A DNA stretch of 64,000 nucleotides, taken from the human T2T-CHM13v2.0 reference genome, Homo sapiens. The notes beneath the pieces are model-generated. The model searched no databases. It worked only from the letters and a program-made list of their open reading frames with translations, and was not told where the DNA came from. The translations under genes were made by a program, and so were the position numbers. The first letter of the stretch is position 1. Each line of letters begins with the position of its first letter. The stretch lies in the NCBI RefSeq assembly GCF_009914755.1, contig NC_060941.1. One strand, 5' to 3'. Positions 1 to 19,576 of this stretch are shown piece after piece.

Positions 1-158
1 TGCAAATACCCAGTCTGTGGTATTCCGTTATAGCAGCAGAAAACAGACTAAGACAATAGCTCAGAATCAAACATAACAAAGAGAAAAACACACAAGAAGG
101 ACAGTAGACTGGAAAAGAGGAATTCAAGTATTTCTTCGCCAATATTTTTTTTTTTTGA

Positions 159-263
<105 letters not shown>

Positions 264-1333
264 TGAGTAGCTGGAACTATAGGCATGCACCACCACGCCC
301 GGCTAATTTTTTGTATTTTTAGTAGAGATGGGGTTTCGCCATGTTGGCCAGGCTGGTCTTGAACTGCTGACCTCAGGTGATCCATGCGTCTCGGCCTCCC
401 AAAGTGCTGGGATTACAGGCGTGAGCCATTGCGCCCAGCCTTCTTTGCCAATCTTTCACTGTGCAACTTCTAATGTGACTACAAGTGTCCCCCAGTGTTC
501 ATTTTCCCTTTTTTCCTTTTGGTAAGAGAACATCCCTGGAGTTTCATCTGGGCGTGTGGCTACTCAGACTACATTTCCCAGCCTCCCCTGCAGCTAGACT
601 AGGCGATGTGACAAAACTCCTTCCAGTGACCCATGCCCAGGAGTGATATGTGCAACACTGTGTCACTTGTGTAAAGGAAAATTGCTTGTTGTCCTCCACC
701 TCCTTTTTGTCCCTTTGTCACAGGCTAGAACAAAGATGTAATGGTAACCCAGCTTCAACCAAAGAGGCTGGGACAATACCTTGTGGAATAGTAGGGTAAT
801 AAGAAGGGAGAACCCTTAATCCCTGAATGATCACATGAACCCTTAGTCTGGGTTACTCATGTGTGGGTTTGGACTGTCAGTTGGTAAAATAAACTTCAAT
901 CATATTTAAGCCTCTGAATTCTGGTGTATCTTTGTTACAGCAGTATAGCCTGCCCTCTAACAAATACAGGTACTTTCACGTGCATTCTTTCATTTGTCTC
1001 ACAGTCATCTTCAGAAAGAACTTGTGATTCCATTGTGCAAATTGGGAAACGAAGGTTCAAAGATCTGTCAACATGACCAAAGCAACATAAACTAGTATGT
1101 GACAGAGCTGGTATTCTAACCTAGATCTCATCTAATGAAACCATAACTGCTGCAATAAAACTGGTGCTGCAGCTCTGAAAAAGGGTAAAAATCTGATCTT
1201 TCCATTTAAAAGCAATTTAAACGTATCGAAAATCTGAAAAACAGGGGGAACAAAACCATTCCTAATTTACCACTCCAACACTTCCACTATGATCCTTCTA
1301 TAATATTCCCTTTCAGTTTCTTTCCATGCTCTC

Positions 1334-1772
1334 TGTAATGGGTTGAATGCTGGGCCCCCAAAAGACATGTCCATATACCAGAACCTGTGACTGTAATCTT
1401 ACTTAGGAAAGAGGTCTTTGCAGATGCAATTAAAGATCTTGAGATTCGATCATCATAGATTACCTAGGTGCTCCCTAAATCCAATGACAAGGGTTCTTAT
1501 TGGAGATGGAAGACACTAAGGGAAGAAGAGACAGGTATGTGAAGACAGAGGCAGAGATCAGAGTGATGCAGTCAAAAGCCAAGGAATGCCTGAGCCACCA
1601 GAAACTGTAAGAAGCAAAGAAGGGTTCTCCCCTAGAGACTTCGGGAGTGTGGCCACGCCAACATCTTGATTTTGGACTTCTGGCCTCCAGAACTCTGCCA
1701 GAATACATTTCTGTTGTTGTAAGCCACCAAGTTTCTGGCAATTTGTCACAGTAGCCCTATGAAACTAATATA
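1334..1772 (+). mobile_element. MaLR solo LTR (MLT1B/MLT1C-like) in TRIM25 intron 1
   Basis: Starts TGTAATGGGTTGAATG; carries MLT1 hallmarks (GGTCTTTGCAGATG, TGGCCTCCAGAACT, TTTCTGTTGTT..AAGCCACC) and ends AAACTAATA. Subfamily assigned from memory. Confidence 0.75.
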
Positions 1773-4700
1773 CTTCCTTTTTGTAAATAGATGCAACCCT
1801 ATGAGCTATATACTTTTGCTTCCTCTTTTTCTCCCACTTTATATCATAACCATTTTTCTGAATTACTACTTTTTAATCCTAATTTATAATGATTTCCCCC
1901 ACAGTTGGGCTTATAGGTAATTTTTGGTTTGGGTTTGCAAAGGATCTCTCTCAGACACACAGCTGTCTGCATGCTTTGCAAGGTTGATGTTTCATCCTGA
2001 CACTGTGAGTGCACCCAACACCAGCCTTGTCATGGTCAGAGCCACGCCCATCCCGCGTGGAAGCTGAGCGAAGCCACAGGGCAGGGCTGGCCTTGGAGAG
2101 CCCTGCCACTCACCCGCACATCCTGCTGCCTGTTTCTCACATCATCCAGTGCTCTCGACGCCCCGTTGATCTGACTGTACATGACAGTTAGTTTGTGCCT
2201 CAGGGTGGCCTGCAGGGAAAACAAATGAGGTTGAGAATGCACCTCTTCAGCCCAGCCCCACCAGAAGCCATCCCTGGAACTATCCCACAGGATAGATTCC
2301 TTCCTCTTCCACTCCACCCAAGTCTTGCCACCCCAAGTCCTGTCACCCGAGTCTTGCCTGCTTGGAGCTTTTTGAAGCATTCTAATACTTACTACTTCCC
2401 TTCATCCTTTTCAGAGGACAGTACAGACCAGGGTTCCAGTCCCAACTCCCAGCTGTGCAACTGTGTCCTTCACCTCAGTTTTCTTGGACACAAAATAGAT
2501 ACAACTGTCCCCAGCTCACAGGGCTATTGGGAGGATTAATTGAAACAATGTAAGTACTCAGCCCAATGCCTGGATCTTAGGAAAAACATACTAAATGCCA
2601 GCTTATATTATTATGAGTTTTTCTCTAATTACCCATTTTACAGCCAATGAAACTCAAGCAAGGAGGACAGAAAGGTGGCCAAGCTCACACAGGAACAGAA
2701 CGAGCTGGGACAGCTGCTTCGGTAATGGCAGGTGGGGCCACTCAGACCAATCCTCCCACTGCAAACAGCCAGGAAAGCAGTCCAAATAATGGGGCAGCGG
2801 GGAGATCTGCTAAAAGATGCTGGAGAGCCAATCAAGCAGAGGATTAAGAAGTCAAGGTCCAGGAGAAGGGGGAAGGGGGCCCAGAGAGATAAGCCTGATA
2901 TCTAGGATGTTCTCTCCAGAGGCATCTGCCAATCCCAGAACAAGGCTGGGAGCCTTTGTCAGCCTCACAGGGCAGGGAGACAGAAATCAGAGTCCAAGGC
3001 TCACTGCAGACTGGGACCACCAAGGGCTGGGAATAAGATGAATCAGCCAGCCAGGCGCAGTGGCTCATGCCTGTAATCCTAGCACTTTAGGAGGCCCAGG
3101 CAGGTGGATCATTTGCTCTCAGGAGTTCGAGACCAGCTTGGGCAACATGGCAAAACCCTGTCTCTACTAAAAATACAAAAATTAGCCAGGTGTGGTGGTG
3201 CACACCTGTAGTCCCAGCTACTTAGGGGGCTGAGGCAGGAGGATCGCTTGATTCCGGGAGGTTGAGCCTGCAGTGAGCTGAGATGGCATCACTGCACTCC
3301 AGCCTGGGTGACAAAGTGAGACCCTGTCTCAAAAAAAAAAAAAAAAAGATGAAGTAGCTCACAGGGGCTGAAGCCCAGGTGCAAATCTGCTCAGTCCTAG
3401 CCACCTCCAGAAACAAAGGCAAACTGTATATGAAGGAAGCTAATATCCTCATCTGATTTCAATTAATTTTCATAATCAATATCTGAGTCTCCTACCTCCC
3501 TGCTCAGATGAATACTGCACAGAAATGGGAAGGAAAATCACCACCACCATAACAGCAGCAGCCAGTATTTATTATGCACTTACTGTATGCCAGGCACTGT
3601 TCTAGTGCTTTACCTGTATTAACTTACTTAAAGCTAAGAACAACACTATGAGGTAGGAATTACCCAGCCTTTACAGACAAGGACACTGAGGCACAGAACA
3701 ATTAAGTGACTTGCCCCAGCTACACTACTAGTAACTGGCACAGCTAAGATCCCGATATTAAAATCATAGACACATGCCCAAACTGAGCATGCTGGAGATT
3801 TCTAGAAAAAAAAAATTTCCTTCCCGTAACTAGCAGGCTCAACATACTCTGGCTCTCTCTTCCACTTCCCAGACTCTTCAACTCCACCCAAGATATTCTG
3901 GGCGGAACCTGATCTTGAATCTAGATTTGAACAACCCAGTGACAGTCACATGTAGGGGTTGGAGGCAGGGACCAAGGCCACACTAACTCAATCCGAAAAG
4001 CCCAAGCTGCTCATGATGTTTCAAACTTGACCTCTGTGACACTGCCCTTCGACCTGGCCTCTAACAGTGGCCAAGATAAGGTGTGGGCCAAAGACCAGGC
4101 CTACATACATCCGGCCTTGCTGGCCTCAGAGCAAGAAGAGACCTCAGAACACCCCAAGGCTGCCAACTGCTTCACTTTCAAGAGCTGCTCATAGCACTAC
4201 ACCCTGAGCCCTATATTTTGAAAGATTTGATACACCATTAATCAAACACATGCGGCAGTACCCTCATCATGAATGGTGCCCACACGACTCCAGACCAAAG
4301 GAAAGTGACCCAAAAACTTTGGTAGCAGCAATAATCCCCTAATCAAAGGCAAAGGACTTTTTGAAATCCTGAGGATCCCTTCACAGACTAGAGACTTGGG
4401 TCTTCCACATGGGAGGCACCAGAGTCTCAAGTCCGCCCCCACCAGTGGCCAAGGCAACCCAGCCCCCGAGGCTAAGGGCATTGCCCAGCTGAGACTGGCT
4501 CTGCCAACAGTGATGAGCAGCAGTAGCAGGGCTCAAAAAGCAGACCTGTTATAGGACTCAGCAAGTCAGGACAGGGGGGTAGGTGTTGGCAGAGGAAGGC
4601 CTGTTGTTAGGATTAAACAGCAGAGTTTAGGCCAGGCTCCTGGCTCACGCCTGTAATCCCAGCACTTCAGGAGGCTGAAGTGGGAGGATCCCTTGAGGTT

Positions 4701-5008
4701 GGGAGTTCAAGACCAGCCTGGACAACATAGTGAGATCCCGTCTCTACAAAAAATGTTTTAAAATATTAGCTGGGTGTGGTGGTGCGTGCTTGTAGTCCTA
4801 GCTACTCAGGAGGCTGAGGCAGGAGGATCACCTGAGTCCAGGGTTTAAGGTTATAGTGAGCTATGATCATGCTACTGTAGTCCAGCCTGGGTGACTGAGT
4901 GAAAACCTGTCTCTAAAAGAAAAGATTAAAAAATATATATATATGGGCCGGGCGTGGTGGCTCACGCTTGTAATCCCAGCACTTTGGGAGGCCGAGGCGG
5001 GTGGATCA

Positions 5009-5248
<240 letters not shown>

Positions 5249-6536
5249 TTATAGCCAGGCCCCGTGGTAGCACACCTGTAGTTCCAGCTACTCAGGAGGC
5301 TAAGATGGGAGAAGGATTGAGGCCAGGAGTTCAAGACCAGCCTGAGCAACATAGTGAGATCCCATCTTTACAAAAGAATTTTTTAAAACTTAGCCAGGTG
5401 TGGTGGCTCACATTTGTAGTACTACCTACTCAGGAGGCTGAGGCAAGTGGATCACCTGAGCCCAGGAGTTTGAGATTACAGTGAGCTATGATCACCCCAC
5501 TGTACTCCAGCCTGGGTGACAGAGTAAGATCCTGTCTCTAAAAGAAGAAAAAAAAAAGCCAAGTTTAGAGCCAGGCACGGTGGCACACCTGTAGTCCCAG
5601 CTACTCAGGAGGCTGAGATGGGAGGATCCCTTGAGGCCGGAAGTTCAAGAACATCCTAGGCAACATAGCAAGACCCTGTCTCTAAAAGAAAAGAAAAAAA
5701 AAGCCAAGTTTATATGCTACACAAAGCTGGATGCAGACCCCCAACTCTGACCTTGCTCAGGCTACTGTCTCCTCTGACAACACGAAGACGGGTCTTGTTC
5801 TCCCTGAAGGTGCTGTGAGAATGAAATGAAATCAGGCCATGCTTTGGATCTTAGGCTGATGTAACAAAAGGTGGTTTGATTTCAGCCTCTGCTTTGAGGC
5901 CACAAGGGGAAGGTATGATCCCCAAACCACCTAAAAACATTGCAGACCTGAAAGGCCCTTAGGAATCCACCTAGTCCCACAGCCTCACTATACTGGTGAG
6001 GACCCAGGTCCAGGGGCCAAACCCCATGCTCAAAGTCACACGGCCAGGACGGAGGACACTATGGTGCAAGAGTGTTGGCTCTCCCTGTGGCTCTGATCCA
6101 GTGATTACTGGGACGCTGCCCACCCTCCCTCTTAGGCCTCTAATAACAACCCTTCCTGATCACAGGAACTCTCCGGCCCACCAAAGGCTTTTGCTTACAT
6201 GACCTCAAGCTTCCTGGACTGTTTGGTGCTCCGGACTCTACGGACCTGGATACGAGGCTGGTCCATGGGAAGAAATGCAAACTATGAAATCGAACCAACC
6301 CGGGTCACAATGCCTGCGTGGCTATTTACTGCATTAGGTCAGGCTAAGTTCATTTCTCTGGACCTCAGTATCCTCAACAGTAAAATGAAACTAAATCATA
6401 TCCACCTCCTGGGTGCCACCAGGACTTCGTGAGGGAACAGAGGTAACCTCCAACGTTCATAGTTGACATTCAAAACCCTCTACTAAACACCATCAGATGG
6501 TGGGGCGCAGTGGTGCACGCCTTTAAAGACCTCCTA

Positions 6537-6825
<289 letters not shown>

Positions 6826-7039
6826 TTATGGCAAGCAACCTAACCTGTCTTCATGGATGATGGGAAGGGACTATATAATCTCCCATCCCCTTTCTACTCT
6901 GACATTGGAGATGCCCCGGCCTCGAATTCAGGCCCATCTTCCCCAGGGCGTCCAGAGTGTGGCAGAGAGGCCCCCGGTGGCCCCTCTGCACCACCCATCA
7001 GGCCAGGCTGCCCTCTGCACCCAGCAGGCCGTTCCCTAC

Positions 7040-7636
7040 CTCCAGGTCGGCGCTGGCCTGGCTCAGGGACGCGGGAGAGCAGGTCTTATGCTCCACCAGG
7101 CAGATGTGGCAGATGCACTCGCTGTGCTCGGGGCAGAAAAATTCCCGCAGCCGATTGTGCTGGGAACATTTGCGGCGCAACAGGTCGCGAACGGGCGGCT
7201 GCAGCGGGTGGTCCTGGAAGGCGGGGCTGTCGAAGTGCGGCTGCAGGTGCTCCTGACAGAAGGAGGCCATGCACACCAAGCACGTCTTCACGGCGGCCTC
7301 CTTCAGGCAGTGGTCGCAGGCCACCTGGGCATTCGGGCTGGGTGCAGAGGCGCGGGCGGGCGGCGTCCAGACGTCGGCGGGTGGCTCCCGGGCCAGGTCG
7401 GCCTGCAGGAACTGCTCCACCACGTTGCACAGCACCGTGTTCTTGTGCAGCTGCGGTCGCGCCTGGTAGACGGCGCGGCACTGCGGGCACAGGTATGGCG
7501 AGCCCTGGACTGCCCACGTCTCATTCAGGCACGACCCGCAGAAGTTGTGGCCGCACGGAGTGGTGACCGGCTCCTTGAAGGGCTCCAGGCAGATGGAGCA
7601 CGACAGCTCCTCGGCCAGGGGGCACAGCTCTGCCAT
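7040..7636 (-). CDS. TRIM25: TRIM25 (EFP) E3 ubiquitin/ISG15 ligase, coding exon 1 (aa 1-199: RING, B-box 1, B-box 2); remainder of the gene lies left of the window
   Basis: ATG in GCCATGG Kozak context at 7636. Translation [36 protein letters not shown]... is a C3HC4 RING followed by B-boxes. The exon ends ...SADLE at donor GAG|GTAGGG (GT at 7039-7038); 597 nt, phase 0. The ORF-track tail VGNGLLG... is intron read-through. Confidence 0.98.
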
Positions 7637-7688
7637 GGCGCTCCCAGGGGTCGGGACACAACTGCTGCACCCGCGCTCCGAGGCCGCC

Positions 7689-7702
7689 GAGGAAACGAAA
7701 CC
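7689..7702. promoter_or_regulatory. ISRE/IRF element near the TRIM25 transcription start
   Basis: GAGGAAACGAAACC, matching the OAS-type ISRE core GGAAACGAAACC; TRIM25 is an established interferon-stimulated gene. Confidence 0.7.
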
Positions 7703-8399
7703 TAGCTCGAGAGGAGCAGTCCCTGAAGCCGTCAGGAAGTCACGTGGGGTGCGGGGGGGCGGGCGGCGAGGACTGGGCGGGCCTCGCGAGGTACTCCCGG
7801 GAGCCTGCGGGCACCGCAGTCCCAGTCGCCCATGAGCTGGCGAAGGTCGGCCGCGCTCCGATCCCCAAGAGCTCCCGCGGGCTGGGCGCGGGACGCCGGG
7901 CTCGGCCTTAGCCCCCGGGATTTAGAGCATCCTCGCGACCACCCGGAGGCTTCTGGGGGCCACTCTGCGGATGAGGAAGCTGACGCCTGGGTGCAGAACC
8001 CCGGACCCCCGGATTCAGAGCCCAGGTCCAGCCGCGCTTCCGCACAAACTTGCGCTCGGAGCAAGTCCCCTCCTTCCCAGCACTCATCTGAGACCAGAGG
8101 TGTCCCCACCGTCCCCGCTAGCAGCGCTGGTTATATTGTGGGCCAACCTTTAAAAAAATAAAAAGGAACTGTTAAACCACAGTGCTTTTTTTCTTCTTCT
8201 TTTTTCTTTTTTTTAATCCTTCCTCTTTCCTCTTCCCGGACTCGGACATGCGGACATACAATCCCGGAAGACTGGAGGCCGTAGTCACACACTCAAATTT
8301 AAACCTGGTGATTTCTTTCCATTCTACTGATGTATCATGCTTTTATAAAAATTCCCATTTCTACTTTCCTGGGATTTGGAGTTACCCAGTTTAACAAAG

Positions 8400-8486
8400 G
8401 CTTTCTCTCTCCTTCTCTCTCTGTCTCTCTCCCTCGCTCGCTCGCTCTCTTTCTCTCTGTCGCGCGCGCGCACACTCACACACACA
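8400..8486. repeat. Compound simple repeat (CT)n-(CG)5-(CA)n
   Basis: Read directly: CT-rich tract, then CGCGCGCGCGCACACTCACACACACA. Confidence 0.9.
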
Positions 8487-9994
8487 ATATTGGAACTTAA
8501 ATATTTTTCTCAAAGTTATTGATTTAAACTTACTTCCTTTAATATTTTCTTTTGCTCTGTTTTCCCTCCTCTGGCTTGACTGCAGGACATATGGGTGGAC
8601 AGGAGAGTAGAAGTGTTCAAAAGAGGGGGGATGGTGGCAAAGAGAAGGATGGTGTTTTGGAAGGAGTTAGTTGGAGTTTGCTTTGGGGACAGAGTGAGTA
8701 GCAAAATGAGGAAAAGGTAAATGTCTTAGATTACCTTGTAATAGCTACTATTTATGGGGGGGTACCTTTTGTGTGCTAGATAAGTCACATGGTTATCTCT
8801 TATAATCCTTATAAACCCCTGCAAGACTGCCAGTCCATTTTAGGAATGAGAGTCTCAATTTATGCAAAGCAGGACTGGGACTGTAGCTCAGGATCGCTGA
8901 CCTCCCCATTGTCACTCACTCCTGGTCCCCCTAATTCTTGTTCTGCAGACTCCTTTTCCCCTAAAACCTTTTACCATTTACCTTTTATGTATTCCCTTTC
9001 TTTCTTTTCTTTTCTCTTCTCTTTTCTTTTTTTTTCTTTCTTTCTTTTTCTTGACAAGGTTTTGCTCTGTTGTCTAGGGTGCGGCACTCCTCCCAAGTAG
9101 CTGGGAATACAAGCACGTGCCACCACACCCAGCTAATTTTTGAAAACATTGTTTTGTAGAGACAAGGTCTCTGTACGTTGCCTGGGCTCATTTTGAACTT
9201 CTGACCTCAAGCAACCCTCCCACCTCAGCCTCTCAAAGTGCCAAAATTACAGGCATGAGCCACCATGGGCCTGTCCCACATCTTGTTTGCACAGAGAGGA
9301 GGAAGACAGAAGAATGAGGGGATAGGAAATGAAAGCTATGCATAGAATCTCATTTCACCAAAAAAAAAAAAAAAATTACAGATGAGAAAACTGAGGCTTA
9401 GAGAAACTAAATAGTGTGTCTAAGAATGGACATTGGCACACAGCCCATCTGCTTTCCAAAGCCAGGAGTTTCCTACCATAAAATGCTGCCTCCAAAGGGA
9501 GGAGTGGAGCAGTTTCCAGGAAACACTGTGAAATCCCCTCTGACCTATTTATCATGGGTGAGGTGGCCTAGTGATTCATGCCAGAATGTGGAATTCACTT
9601 TCCAGGCTGGTTGGTTTAGAAGGGCTTGTTAGACCAATGAGGTTGAATAGGAGGGCCATACTTTATCAAATTCCATGCAGTAGATATTTACTAAGACCTA
9701 CTGTGCAATAGGCATGCAACAGACTGAGTGCTAAATGAGTAAGATGTGAGTCAAACCTGGGCCTGCCTTCTAAAACAGGAAGAAGACAACAGCATAAAGC
9801 AGTAAAGAGAAATATGGGGAGAAGTCAGGTCCTGCTAGGGGTATGGATTCCTCATCTGGACAGTAAGAATCCCAATAATACCTTCTTCATGGGATGTTGT
9901 AGAATAAAAATGTAACACATGAGCCCGTCACGGTGGCTTACATCTGTAATCCCAGCACTTTGGGAGGATGAGGCAGGTGCATCACTTGAGGTCA

Positions 9995-10186
<192 letters not shown>

Positions 10187-10223
10187 TCAGCAACAGAGTG
10201 AGACTCCACCAAAAAGAGAGAGA

Positions 10224-10283
10224 GGAAGGAAGGAAGGAAGGAAGGAAGGAAGGAAGGAAGGAAGGAAGGAAGGAAGGAAGGAA
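10224..10283 (+). repeat. (GGAA)15 microsatellite arising from an Alu tail
   Basis: 15 uninterrupted GGAA units directly after the A/AG tail of the Alu at about 9921-10215. Confidence 0.95.
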
Positions 10284-10295
10284 GGACACACGTAA

Positions 10296-10664
<369 letters not shown>

Positions 10665-11329
10665 TAATATAGGCAGGATTGGGGCATCATGAGTGTTAAT
10701 CCTTAAATGGGCTTTGGAGGTCCAGGGACTGTCCCCAGGGCTGGAGGGTGTGTTTATCATCAGTAACCACAGTAGAACAATGTTGTCAAGTCAAATATGA
10801 CCCAGCTAGTCAAAAGGGAGCTATATGGCCTAATCCAGCAGATGGCTGGCTATCTTAATCAGATTCTCACTCTGCATCTGTAGGCTAGGAAAATTAGGTG
10901 GAGTAATAAACTTTGTCTGCAAATATAATCTGCCAATTATTTCTACCAATGACAATTCATAGAATTTAAGGTCAGATTGTGGGTGTGGTTCTAACACCCA
11001 GTGCTCCAGTCCTCAACACTTTATGAAGGACATCTGTTCCTTTTCTCATTTGAAAGATGACCAGAGAAGTCTAAATGACCTACAATCACACAAACGGCTA
11101 CAGACAAAGTCCTAGGATTATCATTCCTGAGATATGGAAAAGACTATGGTGCCCATGCCCCCACATGATGAAATTTTAAAACAAGCAAGCAAACAAAAAT
11201 CTATTCTTAACCAGAAATTAAGTGTAAAGAGTTCTAACAAAATTTCTATCTTTTCCATAATAACTATGATCATTTTGTTGTTGAGGTACTCTCTTTTATT
11301 TTATCAATACTTTTCTAAACAACACTGAT

Positions 11330-16230
<4,901 letters not shown>

Positions 16231-16553
16231 CATGGTGGTTGTGCTAAGGATGATAACATGCATCTCTAACTTAGCACAGTCTATTTACAGTTACCATGGT
16301 ACAATGAGGCCGAGGTTGGGAGGATTGCTTGGGGCCGGGAGTTCAAGACCAGCCTGGGAAATATAGCAAGACCTTATTTCTAATAAATAAATCAATAAAT
16401 CAAATTGCACTATTTCATATAAAATATGATAACCTTATTACATTAAAATTTCACTTACCCTCTCTTTTGCTGTTCTTGTCCATTTACTGTGGTTGTATTT
16501 AACGTCTGCATATATAGTAACCCCACAGTATTATATTATTATATTTGTTTTAA

Positions 16554-16832
<279 letters not shown>

Positions 16833-16946
16833 TGAAGTGCTGGGCTTACAGGCATGAGCTACCACGCCCAGCCAACATCAGAGTCTTTCAAAACTTTGTG
16901 TTTCTCGTGGCTTTTATTCCCCTTTCTACTGATGCCCTAAACTTAG

Positions 16947-17661
<715 letters not shown>

Positions 17662-17730
17662 TGAGAAGACAAGCCACTGACTTGGAGAAAGTATTTATAT
17701 AAGACGTATCTACTAAAGGACTTTTATCCA

Positions 17731-18423
17731 GGAAAAAAATTGCAAAAGGTTGGCTTTGAGATCTACGGTCCCCATCTCAGAAATCCTCCAATTAGCTTCC
17801 TCAGTCTTTTATAACTGAGATCAGAATAAGAACAGGGAGAGGGAGAAGAAGAAACGGAAAGACAAGAGGCACGCTCAATTATTAGCTGCTTTACAAGTCT
17901 GCCAGTCACTCTAGGCTGCCCTGAGAATACCCTCCCAGCTAATCGCTATCTGTGCGGAAAGCCAGGCTGCTGGAGGACAAAGTGCCCCAATGGGCCAAAT
18001 GGGAAAAAGCCCACATGGCCTGACCCCTGTGCCAAAAGCTCAGCCACTAAAAAAGGGACTGTCCCAAGAGCCAAAAGTCCCCCACAGACCCCGATCCAAT
18101 AATGGCTTTGAGCAGAATGGCTTTCTGCTCTGACTGGCTCTCAGATCTAACATCATCATCAAAGGGACAGAGACAAGGGCAACCTTAAATGTAGCAGGTA
18201 GGACAGTGAATTTTTTATTGGATTTGGGAGCAGCCTGCTCCATGTTTACCTCCCCTGGGCAACTTTCCCCTAAATCCTGTGAGGTAATAGGGGTAAATGG
18301 CACCCCTCTCGTCAGAAATTTTACACCTGATTTATGTTGTCTGTGGGACCAATTACTCTTTTCCCATCAGTTCCTGGTAATGTCTAAATGTACCACACCC
18401 CTTTTGGGCAGAGATATACTCTC
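17731..18423 (+). mobile_element. Class I (gammaretrovirus-like) ERV gag-pro internal fragment without LTRs, inserted in an L1
   Basis: Degenerate zinc knuckle RYLCGKPGCWRTKCP (17944-17988) and retropepsin motifs FLLDLGA and TPLLGRDIL (ORF 18206-18430); flanked by a long direct repeat. Confidence 0.8.
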
Positions 18424-18809
18424 TATCTGATAAAGGACTTTTATCCAACATATACAAAGAACTCTTAAGCTGGGCATAGTGGCTCCCGCCTGTAGTCCCA
18501 GCTACTCAGGAGGCTGAGGTGGGAGTATTGCTTAAACCCAGGAGTTCAAGGCTGCAGTGAGCTAGGATTTCACCACTGCACTCCAGCCTGGGTGATAGAG
18601 CAAGAGCCCCATCTCAAAAAACAAAAACAAAAACCTCTTAAAACTCTACAATAAAACAACCATTTAAAAAATGGGCAAGAGGTCTGAACAGACACCTCAC
18701 TAAAGAAGATATCCAGATGGCAAATAAACATATGAAAAGATGCTCAACATCATATCATATGTCATTGGGATGGGACATATTAAGACAACGATGAGATGCC
18801 ACTACACAC

Positions 18810-19576
<767 letters not shown>

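Larger units (their letters stand above)
6950..8130. promoter_or_regulatory. CpG island / TRIM25 promoter
   Basis: Very GC- and CpG-rich over exon 1 and upstream. GC boxes (GGGCGG) around 7757-7781, ETS core GGAAGT (7735-7740) abutting E-box CACGTG (7741-7746), palindrome CCTCGCGAGG (7782-7791). Boundaries approximate. Confidence 0.9.

Noticed and set aside
6303-6392. ERE-like GGTCAcaaTGCCT and IRF-like AAAATGAAACT in TRIM25 intron 1
   Set aside because: Imperfect matches inside a MIR-like remnant; cannot be told apart from chance using sequence alone.
6853-7835. Long plus-strand ORFs (237, 282, 99 and 96 aa) overlapping TRIM25 exon 1
   Set aside because: Antisense shadows of a very GC-rich coding exon in which stop codons are scarce; no recognisable domain.
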